Of a DNA stretch of 64,000 nucleotides, positions 31,173 to 40,429 are shown one piece after another. Both the position numbers and the translations under genes were made by a program. The DNA lies in contig OZ250150.1 of NCBI GenBank assembly GCA_965237675.1, forward strand, positions 2,752,001-2,816,000, in the 5' to 3' direction. The notes under the pieces were generated by a model. That model was not told the DNA's origin and did not search any database. It saw only the letters and a program-made list of their open reading frames with translations. The DNA comes from Candidatus Latescibacterota bacterium (lineage in GTDB: Bacteria; Latescibacterota; UBA2968; GCA-2709665). The stretch's first letter is position 1; every line of letters starts with the position of its first letter.

Positions 31173-31847
31173 TCAGGATGGTTTCAGCGGTTCCAGGTAA
31201 CCTTCCCACATGTCCAGATACACGGCGTTTTCGGTCTCGGCGGACTCCCCCCACAGTTCCCGGGACTCGAAGCGGACGGCATACAGGGGCTGCAGCCGGT
31301 GTACGCATCCACCGGGCAATACAGTGTCCTGGAGGTCGTGGATTCCGTAAAACCGGGAAACGGTACCGACTTTGTCCCTGGCGTATTGCGGAAGCCTGGT
31401 GTGTCCTTCGGGGTGGATGTTGCGTGCCCGTACGCGGTCGCCCTCACTGAATTTCGGCTGGACTTCCTCTATCGCCAGGGGCGGCGAAGTGGGTCCGGCT
31501 CGAGCGAGTTTCTCCCGGACGGCATTCGGGTCGGGGTGGACCGGAGTCTCGGCGTCCGGCCTTTCTTGGAAGAGCGTCATTCTTGTTTCCAACTCCTCCT
31601 CCTTAATCACTCCGGCGTCAATGAGGCCTTTGATTCTGGAATACAGCCACTTTTCATAGTAGGAGGAAGACAGGTAATGGGCTGGATCCATATTCTCAAT
31701 ATTGTTGCGCGAACCTCCGGGTACGGGTGTGGCTACGGCGATGCCCAGCACGCGCCGTTCCCACTGATGGTGAAATAACGGTTCGTTTTCTTCGCGTACG
31801 ATAGGGCCGAATCCGTGCATCCCGCCCATATCGTGAATGCCGTCCAT
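31173..31847 (-). CDS. nthB: Nitrile hydratase beta subunit
   Basis: [38 protein letters not shown]. Confidence 0.96.
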   Translation of the reverse strand: MDGIHDMGGMHGFGPIVREENEPLFHHQWERRVLGIAVATPVPGGSRNNIENMDPAHYLSSSYYEKWLYSRIKGLIDAGVIKEEELETRMTLFQERPDAETPVHPDPNAVREKLARAGPTSPPLAIEEVQPKFSEGDRVRARNIHPEGHTRLPQYARDKVGTVSRFYGIHDLQDTVLPGGCVHRLQPLYAVRFESRELWGESAETENAVYLDMWEGYLEPLKPS

Positions 31848-31933
31848 GTCTGGCTCCTGCTGTTCCCCGTGTCCCGCGAACCGTCTTCGTCGACGGATCG
31901 ACGGGGCGCTTCGAGGTGTGGAGGACCGTTCAA

Positions 31934-32644
31934 TCAGGTTCTTCGGATGTCGTTTCCGTCGTACACGACATTACCGCGGATCCGAATGCGTTTGGGGTTT
32001 GGTACATCGGAGAGTTCATCCACACTGTGATATCCGATGGTCATACTCATGCGCGTGCTGTCTGTGCGGTTCTCACCGATGCCGTGCATTATCATACTGT
32101 CGATGACAAGCATGCCTCCCTCGCGCATGGCCGCCAGCAGCGACTGCCCGAGTATGGATTGGGTCGACGTCCGGTCGTAAAGTCGACCTTCGACGCCGGG
32201 AAAGTGGTGGGAGCCGGGCACGAGACGTGTGGCGCCGTTTTCGGATGTTGTTTCTTCCAGATAGAAAATTACGGTAAAGATCGTTCGGGACCACTGTCTT
32301 ACGTCGCGGTGCAATCCGTCTGGCGGGGTTTCGCCTGACATGTTCAGGGTTGCGTGGTTGTGCCGGTTCTTGACGAGTTCAATATTGGGCCCCATCAGGC
32401 ACTCCAGCGGGTCGAGCACCATGGGGCTGGACGCGGTTTCCAGGAAAATCGGGTCTCGGTCCACCAGATCCGAAATTCTGACCACCCGCCCGTCTCTATT
32501 CCTCACCAGGGGTTCGACCTCCGCCTCGATATCCGCCAGAATAGCCCGTCGGAGCCTTTCAACGGTCTCTTCGGGAATGCGATCCGGCAGTTTCAAGAAG
32601 CCGTTGTGGCGAAACAGGTGTACCTGTTCGGGTGAAAGTGACAT
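31934..32644 (-). CDS. PhyH-family Fe(II)/2-oxoglutarate dioxygenase (canonical HxD)
   Basis: F..NGFL, LHRD, ENGATRLVPGSH, MHG..N..R. Confidence 0.85.
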   Translation of the reverse strand: MSLSPEQVHLFRHNGFLKLPDRIPEETVERLRRAILADIEAEVEPLVRNRDGRVVRISDLVDRDPIFLETASSPMVLDPLECLMGPNIELVKNRHNHATLNMSGETPPDGLHRDVRQWSRTIFTVIFYLEETTSENGATRLVPGSHHFPGVEGRLYDRTSTQSILGQSLLAAMREGGMLVIDSMIMHGIGENRTDSTRMSMTIGYHSVDELSDVPNPKRIRIRGNVVYDGNDIRRT

Positions 32645-32659
32645 CGATGCGACCTCCGG

Positions 32660-33397
32660 TTACGGAGACTGTGGGAAGGGGTGGGGGTGCCCGATGTAGG
32701 TTCGTTCGCCGGCCACGAGGATTTTTTCAGGATCCTCCTTGTTGACGTCGTGCGCGTCGTGAGCCTGGTAGCCCAGGGTCATGCTTCTGCGGGAAGCCTC
32801 CGTGCCGTTGACGCCGGCACCGTGGAAACAGCAGTCGTTGAAGAGCAGAACACCGCCCCGGGGCATCGGCACCGGAAGGGATTTGTGGAAGAGAGCGCAG
32901 GTTTCGAATCCCTCGTTCGGCCGGCGACCGCGCTGAAAGGGGCGTTGATGGCTGCCTGGCACGATGCGGACGCAGCCGTTCTCCAGGGTGGATTCTTCGA
33001 GGTAGACGAGGGCGGTGACCAGCGTGGGATGGTAGGGTTCTTCCCCGCTGTGCCAGTATACGTGTTCGGAACCGGGCGGGCGGACCATAATGTGGTTGTG
33101 TTTGTTTGTGAGCAATTCGATATTGGGCCCGAGGATGGATGCCAGTGGATCCAAGATAAATGGATGCGTGGCTGCTTCCAGGTAACCAGGGTCACGGGAG
33201 AGAATTTTTGAGAGCCGCCGCACGTCACCTGGCTCGCGTGAACCGGTTTTCTCCCATACAAGCGGCTCGATCATCCCGTTGATCTGTTCGTCCGTGGTCG
33301 TGTTCAGGCGGTCAATCAGGTCGCCCGGCAGGGGTTCCGGCGCCCTGTAAAAGCCGGTCTGGTTGAAATACCAGAGATCCTCTTCGGTCAGATTCAA
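32660..33397 (-). CDS. PhyH-family Fe(II)/2OG enzyme with HxG in place of HxD (candidate halogenase)
   Basis: WHSGE aligns without gaps to LHRDV of the neighbour; ENGCVRIVPGSH, FHG..N..RR. Confidence 0.8.
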   Translation of the reverse strand: MNLTEEDLWYFNQTGFYRAPEPLPGDLIDRLNTTTDEQINGMIEPLVWEKTGSREPGDVRRLSKILSRDPGYLEAATHPFILDPLASILGPNIELLTNKHNHIMVRPPGSEHVYWHSGEEPYHPTLVTALVYLEESTLENGCVRIVPGSHQRPFQRGRRPNEGFETCALFHKSLPVPMPRGGVLLFNDCCFHGAGVNGTEASRRSMTLGYQAHDAHDVNKEDPEKILVAGERTYIGHPHPFPQSP

Positions 33398-33460
33398 AGC
33401 GTTCTCCAGTAATTTGTGGAAGATGGAGCCGTCAATTTCGGGATACGGGGTTCCATTGGC

Positions 33461-33490
33461 ATGTTATATTGGTTTCAGACCCCATGTCAA
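33461..33490 (-). promoter_or_regulatory. Probable sigma70 promoter for the PhyH-PhyH-(nthBA) genes
   Basis: Minus strand TTGACA followed after 16-18 bp by TATAAC/TAACAT. Confidence 0.5.
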
Positions 33491-33755
33491 GGGTATTCTG
33501 GATGTCCGAGCAGAGGATGGCAGCGTGTCGGACCGAGTCCCGGCGCTGGCGGATGGAGACGAGGTGACGCCGGTCATTTTTACTGTGGCGTGAATTTAAA
33601 AAAGTGTTATATTTATGTGCTTGAAGTGTTTGATGCCCACGCCGATCGGGCGTCTACACGTTGATGACCCGTCAGGGTGGATAGACGATCTGCTACGGTT
33701 GTGCGGCCGTTCCTGAAGAGGCGGTCTTTTTACGTGTTCTTGAAAGGGTTGTTAC

Positions 33756-35597
33756 ATGCCGAATGCGTTGCTGGTAAGTCCCCAGAATCCTGTTACTTTC
33801 TGGAGTTTTGACGAAGCTCTGAAAATGATCGACAAGAAGGTCGCATTTCCGCCGCTGGGGTTGTTGACCATTGCCGGGATGATTCCCAACACTTACGAAT
33901 TGCGAATGGTGGATATGAATGCGCGCCCGCTCATGGACGAGGATATCGAGTGGGCCGATATTGTAATTACGTCGTCGATGATTATTCACTGGCACTCGTT
34001 GGAAGACGTGATCGCGCGCAGCAACCGGATGGGCGTGCCGGTTTTGAACGGCGGGCCCTTGCCAACCCAATACTGTGAAGAGATCGAGGGCGATGCCGTT
34101 TTTTACCTGGGGGAAGCGGAAAACGGGTTTACGGATATCGTAGACCGTCTCGCCGCCCGGTCCGGTAACGTCGAACGGGAATATGTGGATCGCCGCGGCA
34201 AATTTCAGGATCTGGCTGTCACGCCATTGCCGCGCTGGTCCCTCATCGATTCTAATGACTATAGCAACATGGTTATTCAGGTCACGCGTGGCTGCCCCGA
34301 GAGCTGTACCTTCTGCAACATTCCGTCGCTATATGGCAAAACGACACGGCTGAAGAGCAAGAGCAGAATGGTTCAGGAACTGGATGCGATCTACGATACG
34401 GGCTGGCGGGGTGCGGTGATGGCGGTGGACGATAATTTCGTGGGTAACAGGGATGCAATTCGGCACGCGCTCGAGGATGAGGTCGTGCCGTGGCAGCAGG
34501 AGCGCGGCTATCCGTTTCAGTTCCACACCCAGGCCAGCATCCGGGTCAGCGACGATCCGGAATTGCTCGAGGCCATGTATCATGCGGGCTTCGACAAAGT
34601 GTTCGCCGGGATTGAGTCTCCCGTTGAAGAGAGCCTGAAATTCATGGGAGCCCAGAAGAATTTACAGGGTAATACCTCGCTGATGGACAAGGTCAAGATT
34701 CTTCAACGAACCGGGTTCGAGGTGCAGGCGGGATTCATTATCGGGCTGGACACCGACCCCGACGATATCGCGGACCTCACCATCGCCTTCATTCGTGAGG
34801 CGGGCATCCCGGTGGCCATGGTAGGCATTCTGGGGGTACTGCGCGATACACCCGACTACAAGAGGTTCAGCCGGCAGGGGCGGCTGGTGGAGGGCGCAAA
34901 GTACACCGGCGACTCTGGAATCTTCAGCCGGGAACTTAGTTACGTGCCGCTGATCGACCCGGATACACTTCTGGAACGCCACCGGATGACGGTGGAGACG
35001 TTAAACAGTCCCGAGGCCTTTTTTGAACGGTGCCTCACGTTCCTGAATCACCGGCAGCGTCAACCAATATGCAGGGGACCCATTCGGATGCTCGAGGTCA
35101 AGGCGTTTTTCCGGTCGATCTGGCGGCAGGGCATTTGGGGTCACAATTACCGGGGGAAGTACTGGAAGTTTCTGCTGGACGTTTTGTTCAGACATCCCGC
35201 CAGTTTTCCGGATGCGGTGCGCTTGGCGGTGCAGGGTCATCATCTGATTCTGACCACGCAGCGCGCATTGCAGGTGGATGAAGTAAAGACGTTTCTGGAT
35301 GAGGCGCTCGAGCATCTGAAGCATTTTCGAAATGGATATCGCGCGACCTACCGGAAAAACATGGGCACGTACGCCAGCAATCTCATGCGGGCGGCACACC
35401 GCCGCTTCGAACATTTCCAGGATGACCACCGTACCCTTCAACACCATGCCTCCGTACTCCGCATGGCCGCCCAGGAGTGCTATCAGGCAACGTGCGAGGA
35501 GTTCCGACATCAGATCCAGGAGCCTCTGGATCGTTTTCAGCAGGATACGGAACACGTGCTGCAATCCTTCGCGACCGAGCAAACCGCCCTTCAATAG
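33756..35597 (+). CDS. B12-binding radical SAM protein with DUF4070-like C-terminal domain
   Basis: TFWSF, FPPLGLLT, RGCPESCTFC, VDDNF, GFIIGLD.D. Confidence 0.88.
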   Translation: MPNALLVSPQNPVTFWSFDEALKMIDKKVAFPPLGLLTIAGMIPNTYELRMVDMNARPLMDEDIEWADIVITSSMIIHWHSLEDVIARSNRMGVPVLNGGPLPTQYCEEIEGDAVFYLGEAENGFTDIVDRLAARSGNVEREYVDRRGKFQDLAVTPLPRWSLIDSNDYSNMVIQVTRGCPESCTFCNIPSLYGKTTRLKSKSRMVQELDAIYDTGWRGAVMAVDDNFVGNRDAIRHALEDEVVPWQQERGYPFQFHTQASIRVSDDPELLEAMYHAGFDKVFAGIESPVEESLKFMGAQKNLQGNTSLMDKVKILQRTGFEVQAGFIIGLDTDPDDIADLTIAFIREAGIPVAMVGILGVLRDTPDYKRFSRQGRLVEGAKYTGDSGIFSRELSYVPLIDPDTLLERHRMTVETLNSPEAFFERCLTFLNHRQRQPICRGPIRMLEVKAFFRSIWRQGIWGHNYRGKYWKFLLDVLFRHPASFPDAVRLAVQGHHLILTTQRALQVDEVKTFLDEALEHLKHFRNGYRATYRKNMGTYASNLMRAAHRRFEHFQDDHRTLQHHASVLRMAAQECYQATCEEFRHQIQEPLDRFQQDTEHVLQSFATEQTALQ

Positions 35598-35672
35598 CCT
35601 TAGGCGCCGTTCTACTCCCGGACGTCAGCAGAAAACCGTGTTTCTGACCACACCCGGGCGTGGCGAGGCGCC

Positions 35673-36888
35673 TTATAGTTTCCAGTACTCGTCGATGTCG
35701 CGCTGGTAGGCATTAATCGTGCCCGTCAGCACGTCATTGACTTTGACAATCTGTCCGGATTTTCCGGATTCGTACAACGCTTCGCTTACCGCTTTGCTGC
35801 GCAGTCCTTCCTCGGCATCGATTTCCACGTTGCGCCCGGTGCTTATCGCGTCGATGAAGTCCCAGAGTTCCAGGGGCATGCCGCCGGTGAGGCCGTTGGG
35901 AAACAGGCGTTCGTTCTCTTCTTTGCACAGGCTCTTCCGAAACATATCCACAACTCTTTCCATGCTGTAGGAAACGCCATCCAGGAGTTGGCACTCGCCG
36001 CGATGCGTGCTTGCCGCAGGATGGAAGATATCGTATTCCACGATGGTGCCCTTGCTGCCGGTCAGGCTGAGTTGGAGAAATCCTTTTCCCGGTGCGCTGT
36101 TGGTCCAGGACCACGTGCCAATAACGCCGCTCTTGAAGTTGAAAATGCTGGTCCAGAAGTCTTCTCGCGTGTCGTTGACGATCCTGCCCCCTTTCCTGTG
36201 TGGGCGTTTTTCGAATTGTTTCACGCGGGCGTAAACGCTCTGAACGTCGCCAAACCAGTAGCGCATCGTGTCCACCCAGTGGGCGCCGCTGTCCATTAGC
36301 ATGCCGCATCCGCCCAGGTGGCGGTCTACCCGCCAGTGCCAGGCCGGGATGTTTTTGGGGTCTTGCCACGAGGCGCTGGCGGCCAGCCAGAACCCGGGGG
36401 GTCCCCAGCAGGCCGCCCGAGTTAAACGCCCACTGGATGGCGCGTTGTCCCACGCTGCGGCGGCATTGTTCGGCCGTCGCGGCAATGCGTTTGTGTTTTT
36501 TTGCTGCTGCGATGATTTTTTTTGTGGCTTTCACGGTGATACCGATGGGTTTTTCGCAGAGAATGTGCACGCCGCCGGCAAGGAGTTCGCAGGCAAGGAC
36601 GTGATGCAGGCCGTGGGGCCCGCAGATGTCGGCGCCATCCAGGTGATTCTCGCCGTTGAGCAATTCATCCACACTTCTGTAGGCGTTTACCGGCTGGCCG
36701 GCGTGGCTTTCGATCCGGTCTGCCATGGCTCTGGCGCGTTCCGGGACGTCGTCTACGGTGGCGACGATGCGGAAGCGCGTTTCGTTCTTTTCGAGGAGTT
36801 CGGCGTAACCCCTGAGATGCGCGCCGGCAATGCCACCGCAGCCTACGATGGCGAGGTTGACCTGTCTGCCATTGGGCTGTTTGGCCAT
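35673..36888 (-). pseudogene. Gfo/Idh/MocA oxidoreductase split by a frameshift near 36393-36401 (real lesion or sequencing error)
   Basis: N-half (IVGCGGIA, CEKP) in one frame, C-half (MDSGAHWVD) in another; junction at GGGGACCCCCCGGGTTC on the minus strand. Confidence 0.75.
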
Positions 36889-36973
36889 AGCATTTCCTTT
36901 CTGTCGTACGGTTGCGGTCAATGATGACGATTGCCGGTGGACACGGCCAGCTTTCCGGTTCTCGGCGGCATTC

Positions 36974-37001
36974 ATATTACCCGGTTTGCATGATTTGTCA
37001 A
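36974..37001 (-). promoter_or_regulatory. Probable sigma70 promoter of the frameshifted oxidoreductase
   Basis: Minus strand TTGACA, 16 bp, TAATAT. Confidence 0.45.
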
Positions 37002-37112
37002 GTCGTTTGTTCGCGCTGTAGAAAGGCCCTGCCGGAACCGGACGTTCTGATTTCTTCGTGTCTTGGCGTCATTGTGTCTCTATGTGAGATCTTTTTCAGG
37101 AGGTAAATTGAA

Positions 37113-37982
37113 ATGCTGATCGACGCCCACAACCACCCGAATTGGCACGGTTACGATGCAAAGAAAATCCTGAACAATATGGATGAGCAGGGCATCGACC
37201 GGATGTGGTTGTTTACCTGGGAGGTGCCGGAAAACGAATATGATCCTTCCTACCACAAAGCCCTGCCTCCCGGTGGTGTGGGCATTCCGCTCGAAGACGT
37301 GTTACAGGTGGGACGCGAGGCGCGCGACCGTTTCGTACTGGGCTACTTCCCGCACCCCAAACGGCCGGACGCGGCGGACCGCCTGCGGGCGGCGCATGAG
37401 ATTCATGGTATTCAGGTCGCCAGTGAGATGAAGGTGCGCGTGTTGTTCGACGATCCGGATGCGATTCAGCTCTATAACGCATGCGCGGAGATGAAGCTGC
37501 CCATTACAATCCACCTTGATTATCCCATCAATCATGGCCGGGGGAACTATCCCAGGCCGAACTACTGGTACGGCGGGAGTATCGAGGCGTTCGAGCGGGC
37601 GATCGTAGCGTGCCCTGAAACGACGTTCATCGGTCACGCGCCGGGGTTCTGGGCTCACATCTCGGGAGACGATCTCTACGATAAGGAGTCCTATCCCCGT
37701 GCGCCGGTGCTTCCGGGGGGAAAACTGTGGGATATGATGCGGCAGTACGATAATCTGTGGGCGGACCTCTCGGCGGGTTCGGCGCTGAATGCCCTCAAGC
37801 GGGACCCTGAGGCCGGAAAGAAATTCCTGATTGAGTTTCAGGATAAGCTCCTGTGGGGGCGGGACTATTTCGACACGGCGCTGATGGATTTTTTCCAGCC
37901 ACTGTCATTGCCGAAGGACGCGTATGACAAGATAACATATCGGAATGCGCTGCGAATCCTGGGGGAATCTCTTCACAGATAG
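37113..37982 (+). CDS. Amidohydrolase family TIM-barrel protein
   Basis: IDAHNH, E.K, TIH, IGHAPGFW, DLSA.S, WGRD, NALRIL; AGGAGG RBS. Confidence 0.85.
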   Translation: MLIDAHNHPNWHGYDAKKILNNMDEQGIDRMWLFTWEVPENEYDPSYHKALPPGGVGIPLEDVLQVGREARDRFVLGYFPHPKRPDAADRLRAAHEIHGIQVASEMKVRVLFDDPDAIQLYNACAEMKLPITIHLDYPINHGRGNYPRPNYWYGGSIEAFERAIVACPETTFIGHAPGFWAHISGDDLYDKESYPRAPVLPGGKLWDMMRQYDNLWADLSAGSALNALKRDPEAGKKFLIEFQDKLLWGRDYFDTALMDFFQPLSLPKDAYDKITYRNALRILGESLHR

Positions 37983-38073
37983 GTGGGAAAATCAGGAATC
38001 ATAAACGCCTCCGCAGGATCCCATCCGGAGGCGTTACCGTTATTTTCCTGGTGCATTCGTGTTGTCGGCCAGG

Positions 38074-39192
38074 TTATGCTCTGACGAATTCCGAGAGCTT
38101 CCGGGCATAGGCCGCGTTGCCATATTCTTTCAAGACGCGTTCCTGCGCGCGCGCCGCGGCCTGTTCGCGTTCGGTGTCGTGGGCAAGCCACCAACGGGCC
38201 TTTTCCCGGAGTTCCTCCAGGGTGGTCCACGTGTCGATTTCCGTCCCTATGTCGAAGATGTCCTCAATGCCTTCGACATGGTCGGTGAGCATGAATCCGC
38301 CGCTTCCGGTGATGGCGGTGTCTCGTTGGTTCAGATAACCGAACGCGTCGGGCGAATTGTGCTGGTTGATATTGATCTTTGAGGCCCTGTATACGCCCGG
38401 AAGTTCCGCATAACTCCGGAAGCCGCGATAGGAAAACCGGGGCAGGTCCTGGAACGTGCCGAATCCCAGGCCGCCGTAGACGTGGATCCGTCCCAGGTCC
38501 TTGAGTGCGGCGACCACTTCCTGCCTCAGGGCGCGCTGTTGTGGAAAGGGGATGGTGTGCGTAATGCGCTTGACCAGATCATCGGATTCCAGGTACTCTT
38601 CCGGGCTGCCGCCTTCCTTCGTGTAGAGAGACATGACGGTGATGGAAAAGTCACATCGTTCGTGCGGCGCAGGTCTGGCGATGTGATGCAGTTCCATCGC
38701 AGGGGGAGGATAGAGCGCGATGGCTTTTATTCCACGTTTGGCATAGACATCGATGCTCTGTTTGCAACATGTGGCCGCATATTCGAACTCTTCCGTGAAA
38801 TGGGGGCTTCGCAGCAGGTCCCACGGATCGTCCTGGGCGTGGGTGACGGTTTTGCACCAGGGGAATCTCTCTCGTAATTCCGCGATAAGGCCCCGCGGCC
38901 GGTCGTCTTTGCTGAACCACCAGATGAGCAGTTCCGGTTCGTGTTCCGCGATAATCTCGAACAGGCCGTCTTGAAAAGCGCCGACGTCCCTGTATTTCCT
39001 GTCCCACGTTTCGTGTGGGGGGATAATGTCGGCCTCCTCCTTTGCCAGTGCGATATCCGCCTCCAGTTGGGCTTCAATGCACCCGCGCGTGGGCTGATAG
39101 AGCACCTCGTAGCCGATACGTTTAAATCCGTGTCGAATGCTCCAGAGAGACTGGCCCGGTTGGAATCCGCCCATTAAGAGAACCTTAGGCAT
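38074..39192 (-). CDS. CgeB-like glycosyltransferase (GT-B)
   Basis: DDPW, Y..SKININ, N.R, GSGGFMLTD, ARWWL.H..ERE..A. Confidence 0.78.
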   Translation of the reverse strand: MPKVLLMGGFQPGQSLWSIRHGFKRIGYEVLYQPTRGCIEAQLEADIALAKEEADIIPPHETWDRKYRDVGAFQDGLFEIIAEHEPELLIWWFSKDDRPRGLIAELRERFPWCKTVTHAQDDPWDLLRSPHFTEEFEYAATCCKQSIDVYAKRGIKAIALYPPPAMELHHIARPAPHERCDFSITVMSLYTKEGGSPEEYLESDDLVKRITHTIPFPQQRALRQEVVAALKDLGRIHVYGGLGFGTFQDLPRFSYRGFRSYAELPGVYRASKININQHNSPDAFGYLNQRDTAITGSGGFMLTDHVEGIEDIFDIGTEIDTWTTLEELREKARWWLAHDTEREQAAARAQERVLKEYGNAAYARKLSEFVRA

Positions 39193-39305
39193 TGAGGTTT
39201 CCTTTCAAGTCAGGCATCAGGCCTGTGTGAGGTACTCCTGCCGCGAGGGGCATGATTTAGAGGGGAAAGGCGAATGACGGATCATGCTCTGGGCCTAAGA
39301 GTTCA

Positions 39306-40170
39306 TTTTTCTCGCCAAAGAAAAGGGCCAAAAAGAACGGCGCCGCTCGGCGCGGGGCCGGTTTTTCCGCGAATCTCCTTAGTGGAGAAATCGTGAGACA
39401 TTGCCCTGAGACCGCCTGTGCATACACGAGGCGACACGGCTGGACGGAAAGGCGCGGAAAAACCCCCCACGCCACAACCGGGCGGCCGTGAGGCAGAACG
39501 GACGGGCTGCCTCGCAATTTGGCTTCGAACCGCTGTTGTCGCATTTCGCGACACCTGGAAGCGCGGGCGTAGCGCCGCCGTTGCATTTGTAGGGGCAACC
39601 CTCAGGGTTGCCCGCGTAAGGGCGAAGTTATCGGAAATTGTCTTGGCCAGGCCATATCGCAACGGACTCTCGCCGGGTTAAAGCGGACTGCTGTACGCCA
39701 ATAGCTGTTTTTGCTTCTCGCTTTCAGGAAGCCACGCCGGTTTCGAACGTGATGTGTTTCCAAAGCGAGATCAGAGCAGAGCGCGCGGTTCCGTCCAGCG
39801 CCGAGAACCGTTGTTCTTCCGTGGCTGACAGGGCAGCAGGTTCGGTGCGTCCCGTGAGGCGATTCGCGCTGTGTAGTTGCACGGCCCCGCGCCGAGCGGC
39901 GACTTTTGGTCCCGAAAATCAGTGAGAAGCAAGAGGCGAGAAGTGAGAAGGGTTGGTAACATTGTCCGATGACACCCCTGTATCCAGATTCTCGCCTACA
40001 AGAAGCCAAAGGGGTCTCGATTGTGGAACACAAACGCGGACAAGAGATCAGGGGGACGAGTGGTGCACTCTTACTTCTAACGTCTCACGTCTGGCCGCTT
40101 TTGGGAACCCGCCGGAGGCAGGGAATTTGGGGAGAAATGGATGTTGAATTTGCTTTTCTCCTTTTCCTTT
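39306..40170 (+). repeat. Copy 1 (longest) of the multi-copy structured non-coding element
   Basis: Perfect 20-bp inverted repeat 39341-39360/39882-39901, nested inner stems, blocks conserved with 43483-44200 and 12697-13098. Confidence 0.85.
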
Positions 40171-40429
40171 GGCCCCCGCGCCGACGCGAGGAAACCGGAT
40201 CCCTCTCGCGGGCGTATAAATGTACAGGAGCGGAACCCGTCGATTCAGGCCACGATCCTGGACTCTCTGGCGTCCGGCGATGGCCAAAAGATAGGGGAAT
40301 CGATGTTCTCGCGAAAGACGAAAGCGGTCCGGTCTTCACACCTCGCCTTTTGAGTTGCCAGCGCGGGATTATTGCCCCTGTTTGGAAGCGCACGCCTTCG
40401 CGGGTGGCACGTCGAACGGAGGTGTTACG

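Noticed and set aside
33500-33755. Cobalamin riboswitch upstream of the B12 radical SAM gene
   Set aside because: No B12-box or GGGAA core consensus recognised
33756-35597. Hopanoid C-2 methylase HpnP call
   Set aside because: Has the generic FPPLGL motif rather than the MPPQG I associate with HpnP, and no hopanoid genes are nearby
39306-40170. Group II intron or retron identity for the large element
   Set aside because: No convincing domain V/VI or splice boundaries found by eye, no reverse transcriptase in the window, and copies are intergenic; an Infernal search is needed to exclude it fully
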